A stretch of DNA of 64,000 nucleotides. Origin: an uncultured bacterium. Lineage in GTDB: Bacteria > Omnitrophota > Gorgyraeia > Ghiorseimicrobiales > Ghiorseimicrobiaceae. Position numbers and translations under genes: made by a program. Position 1 is the first letter of the stretch, and each line of letters opens with the position of its first letter. The DNA is taken from positions 2,844-66,843 of the forward strand of contig CAJVXN010000001.1 in assembly GCA_913009335.1 (NCBI GenBank), read 5' to 3'. The notes beneath the pieces were generated by a model. That model saw only the letters and a list, made by a program, of their open reading frames with translations, was not told the origin of the DNA and ran no database searches. Of this stretch, positions 1-7,870 are shown one piece after another.

Positions 1-843
1 TACGGAGGATTATTTGAAATACTTGAGCCTGATGCCGGCTCAATACGCGGCACAGAAATTGTATGAGGCCCCACGCCAAATTTATCATCCAGATAACTAC
101 AATGCTTAAGCAAGGCTAAAGTCTCAAAACGATAATCATAAAGGCCAAAAAGTACGCCTATTCCGACATCATCAATGCCGGCTGCTTGCGCAACATCAAT
201 AGCGTACAACCTAGCGTCAAAATCACTCTTCGGACCGGAAGGATGCATAAATTTATACGTTCCCCCATGGTAGGTCTCCTGAAATATCTGATAAGTACCA
301 ATACCTGCTTTTTTTATCTTTTTAAACCCTGAATATTCTAGCGGCGCGACATTTATATTTACCCTGCGGATTTCACCTTTGGATTTATTAATACTATAGA
401 TTGTTTTAATTATATCTGCTAAATAATCAGCATTAATGTTATTATCCTGTCCTGCTACAACCAATAAACGCTTATGGCCTTCTGAAATTAAAAACTCGAC
501 ATCCTGTTTAATTTCGTCAGTGTCTATTAACTTACGCTTAAGCGTCTTGTTTTTATTTCTAAATCCGCAATAAAGACAGTTATTAGTACAAAAATTTGAG
601 ATATACAGGGGTGCAAAAAATACCAGGCGCCTTCCATAGATTAACTCTTTTATCTTACCTGCCGCACTAAAAAGCTCGGAGAGGTATTCATCCCGCGTAC
701 AGCTTAAAAGCATAGCTGCCTCACGGATATCTAACCCTTTTAGTGAGAAAGCCTTATTTATTATTTCTCTAAAAGAAACAGGAGAAAACTTCGTATTATG
801 AATTATTCCTAAGATCCCCTGCTCGTCAATAAATGATTTCATT
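1..843 (-). CDS. Radical SAM enzyme, ThiH/HydG (tyrosine lyase) family; N-terminal ~281 aa only, the C-terminus lies outside the window
   Basis: I translated the reverse complement myself. It gives ...RRLVFFAPLYISNFCTNNCLYCGFRNKNKTLKRK..., the CxxxCxYC radical-SAM motif in the FxPLYxSNxCxNxCxYCGF context typical of ThiH/HydG. The ATG is at 843-841 and is preceded by an AT-rich spacer. It sits immediately upstream of a HydE-like gene. Confidence 0.5.
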
Positions 844-850
844 ATAATTA

Positions 851-2149
851 TTATTGCGCTCCGATATCAGTAGGTGCCCGGCCCAGGCGATATAACAGCT
901 TAAGGCTACGGGCAATCTGGGTCTCTACTTTTATATTGCGACTCCTGCGATTAGGATAAATATCATAAAGCCTGCGAAAATCTATTGGGGTAACATTAAT
1001 CATCAATGAATTAGCCCCGGCACTTAGGGCTTTTTCTTTAGCGGGTTTAGCTAAAGTCTCGGTTGCTGTTGTAACCAATATACGCGACTTCTTATCTATT
1101 ATGCGGGCAAGAGAAATCACCCTTAGCATTTTAGCCAATCGTATTTTCTTTAAAGAAGCCAATGGAGTATCCAGATGGGGTATTAAAGGACCGAATGAAT
1201 ACATCTCAGGCTTAAGTTTTTTAGTTAACTTAATATTATTTAGAATATCGGTATCGGTCTCATTGGGAAGACCGACTAAAAATCCTGTTGCAACCAAATA
1301 GCCTATATTCTTTAATGATTTTATAAGTTTTAACCTGTCTTCTAATTTTTTTTCCGGCCGCAGCGCCGAGTATATTTTAGGATTTGCACTTTCAAATCTT
1401 AAAAGCGCGCCTCGCACTCCAGCGTCAAAAAATGCCTGATAATCAGATTCAGATCTCTCTCCTAAGCTTAAAAAAATCAATACCGCGTATTTCTGCCTTA
1501 TTTTTCTTATAATTTCTAATACGCGAGCTTTAGTATAATAGGCATCCTCTCCAGCCTGTAATACCAGCACCTTAAATCCGCGCGAATTTACCGCGTAATC
1601 TACTGCCTCTAAAATCTGGTTTAATTTTAAACGATAGCGCTTTAATTTTTTATTGCTCTTTCTAATACCGCAATAAAGACAATCCCTCACGCAATAATTA
1701 GATATTTCTATTATTCCATGAATACAGCATGAGTTATCTATATATTTATTCCGTATTCTATTGGCTAGTTGTTGCGAAAATTTTCCCTCATCGCTACTTA
1801 CTCCATTTAATAAATATAAATAATCAGTTACTGACAACCTGCGTTTTTCATCAATCTTCTTAATAATAGCATCATAAGGCTTAGAAAGCCTAAGCCCTGA
1901 ATAACTTTTATTAATAAGGCTTTCGTCTTGATTTTTTAATTTACTAAACAGAACCTTCCATGTTTTTAATATGCTCTGCGCTTGAAGATGCGGTATTTTG
2001 CGTATTGCCATGCCCGCCTGCACATAAACATAATCTCCGATATCAAAATCCAATAAATCCTTCAGGACTTTCCTTTTCTGGCCGAAATACTCAACAGTAG
2101 CAAATCTTTCTTCTATCTTTATAACCCTGGCGGGTATTGCGTAACACAC
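851..2149 (-). CDS. HydE-like radical SAM maturase with an N-terminal HypC/HupF-like domain (fusion protein, 432 aa)
   Basis: The N-terminus reads MCYAIPARVIKIE...VEYFGQKRKV...DIGDYVYVQAGMAI, the HypC signature (MCxAIP with Cys2; the position of the conserved His is a Gln). Residues ~90-432 match the HydE/BioB family: IIEISNYCVRDCLYCGIRKSNKKLKRYRL, VLVLQAGEDAYY, GPLIPHLDTPLA. This resembles Thermotoga HydE as I remember it. Confidence 0.6.
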   Translation of the reverse strand: MCYAIPARVIKIEERFATVEYFGQKRKVLKDLLDFDIGDYVYVQAGMAIRKIPHLQAQSILKTWKVLFSKLKNQDESLINKSYSGLRLSKPYDAIIKKIDEKRRLSVTDYLYLLNGVSSDEGKFSQQLANRIRNKYIDNSCCIHGIIEISNYCVRDCLYCGIRKSNKKLKRYRLKLNQILEAVDYAVNSRGFKVLVLQAGEDAYYTKARVLEIIRKIRQKYAVLIFLSLGERSESDYQAFFDAGVRGALLRFESANPKIYSALRPEKKLEDRLKLIKSLKNIGYLVATGFLVGLPNETDTDILNNIKLTKKLKPEMYSFGPLIPHLDTPLASLKKIRLAKMLRVISLARIIDKKSRILVTTATETLAKPAKEKALSAGANSLMINVTPIDFRRLYDIYPNRRSRNIKVETQIARSLKLLYRLGRAPTDIGAQ

Positions 2150-2338
2150 AAGAAAATTCCTCCTAATTTTCGCAGTCCCCAGCGATTAGATTTCGAAGAA
2201 ATCTGCAGGGGGATTAAATTATTCCAACAAGAAAATTCCTCCTAATTTTCGCAGTCCCCAGCGATTAGATTTCGAAGAAATCTGCAGGGGGATTAAATTA
2301 TTCCAACAAGAAAATTCCTCCTAATTTTCGCAGTCCCG
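2148..2338. repeat. 79-bp tandem direct repeat, ~2.4 copies, between the hydrogenase endopeptidase gene and the HypC-HydE gene
   Basis: The unit acaagaaaattcctcctaattttcgcagtccccagcgattagatttcgaagaaatctgcagggggattaaattattcca starts at 2148, 2227 and 2306. The first two copies are identical. The third diverges after ~32 nt. Confidence 0.9.
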
Positions 2339-2347
2339 ACGCGGGGT

Positions 2348-2800
2348 TTAATTTAGGATTTTTGTTATCTGATTAAGAACACCGGGAAAGCTTGCTTTAA
2401 CCTCGCTTGATAAATCATTGCAAAGAAGCAGATTATTCGGCTGGATACCAATAACATAAACTTTATTACGTATATCCAACATTTTATATAGTTTCAAAAA
2501 GTCCAACAATGAAAGACTGTGAGTCGATAATCTATTTTTAACAGTACCGGAATTTAAATCTTCTAAATAAAATCCTTTAACACTACCCGCGGGAGCACCA
2601 AAATCAGCTGCGTCAATTATAAATGTATAGAGATACTGCTTTATATAATTTAAAATATCTATACTCTGAGTGGAGAATTCAAAAAAATCAAAATCTTTAT
2701 TATTTAATTTATTTTTTAAATAAGCTAAGGCCTTAATCCCTACTCCGTCATCGCCCCGTAAAGTATTACCTACACCGGCAACCAAATACCGTTTAGACAA
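2348..2800 (-). CDS. [NiFe] hydrogenase maturation endopeptidase (HycI/HoxW/HybD family)
   Basis: LVAGVGNTLRGDDGVGIKA N-terminal motif. DAADFGAPAG and STHSLSL motifs. 150 aa. It overlaps the large-subunit gene by 8 nt. Confidence 0.8.
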   Translation of the reverse strand: MSKRYLVAGVGNTLRGDDGVGIKALAYLKNKLNNKDFDFFEFSTQSIDILNYIKQYLYTFIIDAADFGAPAGSVKGFYLEDLNSGTVKNRLSTHSLSLLDFLKLYKMLDIRNKVYVIGIQPNNLLLCNDLSSEVKASFPGVLNQITKILN

Positions 2801-4181
2801 ACTCTACCTCCAAGAGATGTGTCGAACAAGATATGCACGGGTCATATGCGCGGGCGAGCATCTCAAGATTTAGCTGTATTTCTTTTTTGGTTTTAGAAGG
2901 AAAAAGCTGAGGAACGAGTTCTTTCATGTCATTCTCTAAATTAAACAAGTTCTGTGCGGTAGGAATAATGCAGTTAGCGTGAGTAATTATACCGTTTTTA
3001 TCAACTGTATAATCATGATATAGGGTTCCGCGCGGTACCTCTACCGCACCCACCCCTCTGCCGGGCTTTACCTTAATTGGACGCTTCTTAACACTCGGCC
3101 AAGAAGTAACCAAACTTTCTTTTTCATTCAACCCCTTATCCAGTAATTCATCAATAATCTTAATCGACTCTTCCAGGCAATGCCTCCACTCAACAAGCTG
3201 TGCCACAGTATTTAAATAAGGATTATGAGATGGAGCAGAAAGACCTAAGCTTTTAGCTGCTTTTTTTGCCGCAGGATGAAGAAATTTATAGCTGTTATTA
3301 AAACGGGCAAGGGCTCCCACAGCATAAGACTCATCCTTAATAGAGGCAAATTTAGCCGTAGAGTAATCGCGAATAAATTCATTAACTACATTTAGATATT
3401 TCTGCGGATCAGTATTTTTCTTTGTTGAACTTACGTAAATATCACCGTCTAAATAAGCATAAGTTCCCAACTGTTTTAAAGAGACATACTGGGTGGGACG
3501 TATAAATTTCGGAAACTTTAATGTTTTGAATACCGCTACTGTCGCTTCGTAATCAACCCGAGAATCCGTCATCATTTTACGGAGTTTTAATAATGTCTTT
3601 TTAGCGGGCAGTTTGGTAAGCCCTCCGATGACAAAACTTATTGGGTGCACATGCCTACCGGCTAAAACATCACTGGTATAATCAGACATCTTCTTCATTC
3701 GTAAAGCAATTTCAATAACACTACGGTGAGTTTTAATCAAAGGGAATATACTATTTACGCCCAATAAATCAGGGGCAATTAAAATATAAAAATGTAATAC
3801 ATGACTGTCCATTGTCTCGGCATGCAATAACAATTGACGCAAGAGCTTAGTCTGCTTACTTACTTTAACACCCAGCGCAGCCTCTCCTGCCTTGATAGAA
3901 GCCAGGGTATGGCCGCAAGCGCAAATACCGCAAATACGACTGGTTATATGCTGCGCCTCATAAATAGAGCGGCCTACCAGCATAGACTCAAAAAATCGGG
4001 GCGATTCAATTACTTCAAAGCGACAATCAAGAAGCTTACCGTCCTTGACCTTAACCATAATATTGCCGTGTCCCTCTACGCGGGTTAAATATTTTACCTC
4101 TATATCCATATTACTCTTTGATTTCTTTAACATACTTTTTCTCCACAGCTGTATATAAAGTAAATTTATCAATAATCTCAT
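2793..4181 (-). CDS. [NiFe] hydrogenase large (alpha) subunit, group 3 (3b-like); the real start is probably the internal Met near 4109 (MDIEVKYLTRVEGHG)
   Basis: N-terminal RICGICACGHTLAS (RxCGxCxxxH) and C-terminal DPCISCSTHLLEVEFV (DPCxxCxxH plus a cleavable tail). Confidence 0.85.
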   Translation of the reverse strand: MRLLINLLYIQLWRKSMLKKSKSNMDIEVKYLTRVEGHGNIMVKVKDGKLLDCRFEVIESPRFFESMLVGRSIYEAQHITSRICGICACGHTLASIKAGEAALGVKVSKQTKLLRQLLLHAETMDSHVLHFYILIAPDLLGVNSIFPLIKTHRSVIEIALRMKKMSDYTSDVLAGRHVHPISFVIGGLTKLPAKKTLLKLRKMMTDSRVDYEATVAVFKTLKFPKFIRPTQYVSLKQLGTYAYLDGDIYVSSTKKNTDPQKYLNVVNEFIRDYSTAKFASIKDESYAVGALARFNNSYKFLHPAAKKAAKSLGLSAPSHNPYLNTVAQLVEWRHCLEESIKIIDELLDKGLNEKESLVTSWPSVKKRPIKVKPGRGVGAVEVPRGTLYHDYTVDKNGIITHANCIIPTAQNLFNLENDMKELVPQLFPSKTKKEIQLNLEMLARAYDPCISCSTHLLEVEFV

Positions 4182-4872
4182 TCACATCTAAACCGTAATT
4201 AGCAAGAATATCATTTTGCGCATCATTTGCGGGATTATCAATAAGCCCGCGGCAACCATAACATATATTGCCATTATTAACGCACCATGAGTTGCATCCG
4301 GCACGGGTAACAGGCCCCATGCAATTTTGTTCTTTTTGGTATAAACATACATTCTCGTTCATCTTGCATTCAACGCATACCGGATAATTCGGCACATCAT
4401 ACTTCTTTCCTAAAAGTAAACATTTAAATACCTCTGCCACTTCATTTGGATGCACAGGACATCCGTGTATATAATAATCAACTTTTATGACCTGATCAAT
4501 CGGCTTAACAGCTATGGTTTTAAACTTATCTGCCTTGTCTTTATATACACGCATTAAAGATATGTTTAAAGGCGTTCGGTTCTTTATCGCGTTTACCCCG
4601 CCGATAGTAGCGCAGGCACCAAGAGCTATAACAACCTTTGCCTGCTTTCGTATCCCGGTTATACGTTTAATATCATGCTCGGTTGAAATCGAACCCTCAA
4701 TAACAGCAATATCATAATCATCGCGAGGTTCACTCATTGCCTCGCGAAAATTTACTATCTCTATATGTTCAAGTATATCAAGAAGAACTGTATTAAGATT
4801 AACTATCTGCAGCTGACAACCTTCACAATCGGTAAAATCAAAAAAAGCGACTTTTGCCTTACTCTTTTTCAA
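4111..4872 (-). CDS. [NiFe] hydrogenase small (delta) subunit, group 3
   Basis: FDFTDCEGCQ N-terminal Cys pair. GACATIGG. C-terminal Cys cluster for a 4Fe-4S. 253 aa, typical of the short group-3 small subunit. Confidence 0.8.
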   Translation of the reverse strand: MKKSKAKVAFFDFTDCEGCQLQIVNLNTVLLDILEHIEIVNFREAMSEPRDDYDIAVIEGSISTEHDIKRITGIRKQAKVVIALGACATIGGVNAIKNRTPLNISLMRVYKDKADKFKTIAVKPIDQVIKVDYYIHGCPVHPNEVAEVFKCLLLGKKYDVPNYPVCVECKMNENVCLYQKEQNCMGPVTRAGCNSWCVNNGNICYGCRGLIDNPANDAQNDILANYGLDVNEIIDKFTLYTAVEKKYVKEIKE

Positions 4873-5720
4873 AATGCTTCCTCCATATTCCTGATATCAC
4901 TATATTTAAATACCGGTCCATTTTGACAAACATAGACACCGTTTATCTGACAATGACCGCATTTACCCAGGCCGCATTTCATTCTACGCTCAAGAGAAAC
5001 AATTATCTGTCTATCGGGAATTTCTTTCTTGAGTAATTCTTTGATTACGAACTTATACATCAAAGGAGGCCCAACTACTACCGCATACGTACGCATAGGA
5101 TTTAAATTAACGCCGGGAATAAGCTCAGTTATTAAACCAATATTCCCCTGCCAGTCAGGATCAGCTCTATCTACGGTACATCTAAACAAAATATCTAAGT
5201 GCCTGCCCCACTGGCCAATCTCATTATTAAATAACATATCCTTGGGACTCCTGCATCCTAATAATATATTTACAGCTCCGAAATCTTTACGATGATACAT
5301 GATATAGCGTATCAGACCTCGTAAAGGGACAATACCTAATCCTCCGGCAACAATCAAAATATCATTGCCAAAAAAATTCTCTACAGGAAAACCCTTGCCA
5401 AAAGGACCGCGCACACCAACTACATCCCCTTTTTTAAGATTATGCAAAGCGCTGGTTAACGTGCCTACATTTCTTACGGTTATCTCAAAATACCCCTTAT
5501 CAGTAGGTGAGGAGCATATTGAAATAGGCGCCTCCCCCCTACCGAACATCGAAATCTCGGCAAATTGTCCGGGCATATAATTAAAATCTTTATTATTCTT
5601 TTTCAATCTTAGGCGAAAAAGTTTTTCCAGATTTGTATACTGCTTAACCATGATAATCTCGGCCGGCATTGATCTATAAGGTGAATAGGGTAGTATTTTT
5701 TTAAATTCCGATTGAAACAT
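4869..5720 (-). CDS. Hydrogenase gamma subunit: FAD/NAD(P)-binding oxidoreductase with C-terminal 2Fe-2S (sulfhydrogenase HydG / PyrK-like)
   Basis: Ferredoxin-reductase-type fold motifs (GGLGIVPL) and C-terminal CGLGKCGHCQ. 283 aa. Confidence 0.7.
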   Translation of the reverse strand: MFQSEFKKILPYSPYRSMPAEIIMVKQYTNLEKLFRLRLKKNNKDFNYMPGQFAEISMFGRGEAPISICSSPTDKGYFEITVRNVGTLTSALHNLKKGDVVGVRGPFGKGFPVENFFGNDILIVAGGLGIVPLRGLIRYIMYHRKDFGAVNILLGCRSPKDMLFNNEIGQWGRHLDILFRCTVDRADPDWQGNIGLITELIPGVNLNPMRTYAVVVGPPLMYKFVIKELLKKEIPDRQIIVSLERRMKCGLGKCGHCQINGVYVCQNGPVFKYSDIRNMEEAF

Positions 5721-6753
5721 TTCTATGCTCTCTGATTAGGCTATTTACGGTCTCAGTCAAATTTATTTCTGCCATACAAGTACGACTGCACCTGCCGCAG
5801 CCAGTACAAAAATAACGGCTAAATTTATCTATAGGATACTTAAATTTACGATAATAGCGGTGTCTTTGACGGGCGGATCGACCCGGCCTAAAATCTTCCC
5901 CTCCGGCAACCTTGGCAAAATCATCCATCTGACATGAGTTCCAAAGCCGATAACGCAAACCATCATTAAGATTAAGGCTTACTTCATCCAAAACATCAAA
6001 ACAGTAACATGTCGGACATACAGCCGTACAATTCCCACACCCAACACACCTTTTACCTACATCTTTCCATATCTCACTATCATACAACTTAGAAAATACA
6101 GCATAAAGTTCAGTAAGACGCCCGATAAACTCTTCCTTAAATATTTTCTCTTTTTTCTTGCGTACTGCATCCAATAAATACCTATCGGCGGAAATGCATT
6201 TCTTTATATAGCTACGCTGCCGTAAGATGCTCTCGGCTTTTGCGGAATTAATATGGATTATATATTTATTCCCGACATCCGTAAGCATGATGTCGTATCC
6301 CCCCTTAGGCACGTGATTCCCCATAGATACACAATTTGCATATTTATCACAAGGAGTAAGACATTCAATGCCGACAGTAGTCATGCGGTCCTTACGATTG
6401 ATATAATTGGCATCTAAAGGCTCCTGGCGAAACACTACATCCATACACTGAATACCTGCTATATCACAAGTATGCACGCCAAATAATACGAATTCTTCAA
6501 ATTTACGTATTGCTTTTGCGGTCTTAAATGGTTTTATTTTAAACTTTAATAGTCGTTCCTTTTGTGGAAAATAATATTTTTTAGGCGGAAGTATTGTAGA
6601 AATATAATTTAGATCGAGCTCCTTAACGTCTTTAATCGGCCGAAATACATGCCTGCCATCTTTTTTCTTGGGCCCATAGAGCTTACCGTGATCTTCTAAA
6701 GATTCAAGCCACCGATTAAAATCTTTCTTACTTATCTTTGCGTATCTTTCCAT
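5701..6753 (-). CDS. Hydrogenase beta subunit, Fe-S protein (sulfhydrogenase HydB-like)
   Basis: CVGCGNCTAVCPTCYC and CTGCGRCSRTCM 4Fe-4S motifs. 350 aa. It is the first structural gene of a beta-gamma-delta-alpha operon. Confidence 0.7.
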   Translation of the reverse strand: MERYAKISKKDFNRWLESLEDHGKLYGPKKKDGRHVFRPIKDVKELDLNYISTILPPKKYYFPQKERLLKFKIKPFKTAKAIRKFEEFVLFGVHTCDIAGIQCMDVVFRQEPLDANYINRKDRMTTVGIECLTPCDKYANCVSMGNHVPKGGYDIMLTDVGNKYIIHINSAKAESILRQRSYIKKCISADRYLLDAVRKKKEKIFKEEFIGRLTELYAVFSKLYDSEIWKDVGKRCVGCGNCTAVCPTCYCFDVLDEVSLNLNDGLRYRLWNSCQMDDFAKVAGGEDFRPGRSARQRHRYYRKFKYPIDKFSRYFCTGCGRCSRTCMAEINLTETVNSLIREHRNVSIGI

Positions 6754-6762
6754 TTTTTTAAA

Positions 6763-7008
6763 TTAGCTTAGTTCATAGCTGTCAAAGCTAAGAGGTGCGC
6801 CGATTTCTGTTTCTTTTATTTCAAGCTTCACATCTTTCCAAGGCGTATTTTTTATAAACTGATAAAAATGCTCTTTAAAACGATCTCTCTTGATGCCGCC
6901 AAACAAAGAAAGTGCTACAACTATTTTTGAAACCCTGGATACATCATCTAAAGCTAGCTGCTTAGCAACTTTGTTCAACAAATCTTTTATTAAATTACTT
7001 TCATGCAT
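6763..7008 (-). CDS. HypA-like protein (N-terminal Ni-binding domain only; the Zn-finger domain is absent)
   Basis: It starts MHESNLIKDLLNKVAK..., matching the HypA/HybF MHE(L/M)S N-terminus. It is only 81 aa and has no Cys at all. Confidence 0.45.
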   Translation of the reverse strand: MHESNLIKDLLNKVAKQLALDDVSRVSKIVVALSLFGGIKRDRFKEHFYQFIKNTPWKDVKLEIKETEIGAPLSFDSYELS

Positions 7009-7070
7009 ATAATACCTATTTAATTTTAAGATTTAATTTTACCACAAATTAATTGTTTTGCAATAGTTAT

Positions 7071-7088
7071 TTGTGAAAATTATCACAA
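7071..7088. promoter_or_regulatory. Putative Rex operator upstream of the hydrogenase operon
   Basis: TTGTGAAAATTATCACAA against the Rex consensus TTGTGAAnnnnTTCACAA (one mismatch). It sits 63-80 nt upstream of the hypA-like start in an AT-rich promoter region. Rex is encoded at 34748-35383. Confidence 0.55.
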
Positions 7089-7135
7089 TCATTAATTTTA
7101 AAGCTTTTTTTCACTCACTCGCCAAGAAAACTCCC

Positions 7136-7720
7136 TTACTCTTCCCCCTTAAATTTTTCATAATCCTTTTCAGTATTTATGTTTGCAAATGACAGTCCCT
7201 GCGGGTCAAAATGCGATACCTCATCGTGCTTAATTTTTTTAATTTTTACCCCTGTGAGGAAATCCGTCAATTTAAAATTATTTTTTTCGAACTGACGCTT
7301 AATAGAACTAATGCAACTTTTTGAATAAAAGGCATAAAGAGGCTCAAGCTTCCGCCTAAATTCCGGCACAACCACATCATAATCTTTTATATAATTCCGC
7401 ATGTATTCTATTAATAAAGTATTTACATGCGGCATATCTGAGGCGATTAGAAAATTATACTGACCATCTGAATTTATTAATGCAGAATATATTCCCCCTA
7501 GGGGCCCTTTATCCAACGCAATATCTGAAAATAACCGCACGCCTAATGCTTTGTAGCGTTCTAAAGAATTAGTAATAATAATAAGATCATCGAATACAGA
7601 CTTTAATTCTCTTATCTGTCTTTCAATAATAGTCTCACCATTTAAATTTAGCAATCCTTTATGGGGAACAAACCTAGTCCCTTTCCCCCCGGCAAGTATA
7701 GCTGCGGTCACCTTCATCAC
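7136..7720 (-). CDS. mobA: Molybdenum cofactor guanylyltransferase
   Basis: AAILAGGKGTRF NTP-transferase motif. 194 aa. It lies inside a Moco cluster. Confidence 0.75.
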   Translation of the reverse strand: MMKVTAAILAGGKGTRFVPHKGLLNLNGETIIERQIRELKSVFDDLIIITNSLERYKALGVRLFSDIALDKGPLGGIYSALINSDGQYNFLIASDMPHVNTLLIEYMRNYIKDYDVVVPEFRRKLEPLYAFYSKSCISSIKRQFEKNNFKLTDFLTGVKIKKIKHDEVSHFDPQGLSFANINTEKDYEKFKGEE

Positions 7721-7870
7721 ACTAAATCCTTTATAATAATTAATAATTGTTACAGGTAATATTTAAGGTGTTACAGCTCCTGACAAAATTCATCTTATCC
7801 ATAGAGATAGGCCATCCTAATACCTTTACTCAGCAGGGTAGGCCTTACCCGTTCTGTTTAGGGAAGGGCC

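Noticed and set aside
851-2149. Alternative reading: HypC and HydE as two separate adjacent genes
   Set aside because: I considered this. The translation is a single uninterrupted frame from the first ATG through both domains, and there is no internal stop or obvious second RBS/start at the junction. I therefore report it as a fusion but flag the assembly or frameshift artefact as the main caveat.
2148-2338. A possible CRISPR array, because of the regular direct repeats
   Set aside because: The period is 79 bp with no unique spacers between copies. There are only ~2.4 contiguous identical copies and no cas genes nearby. This is a simple tandem repeat.
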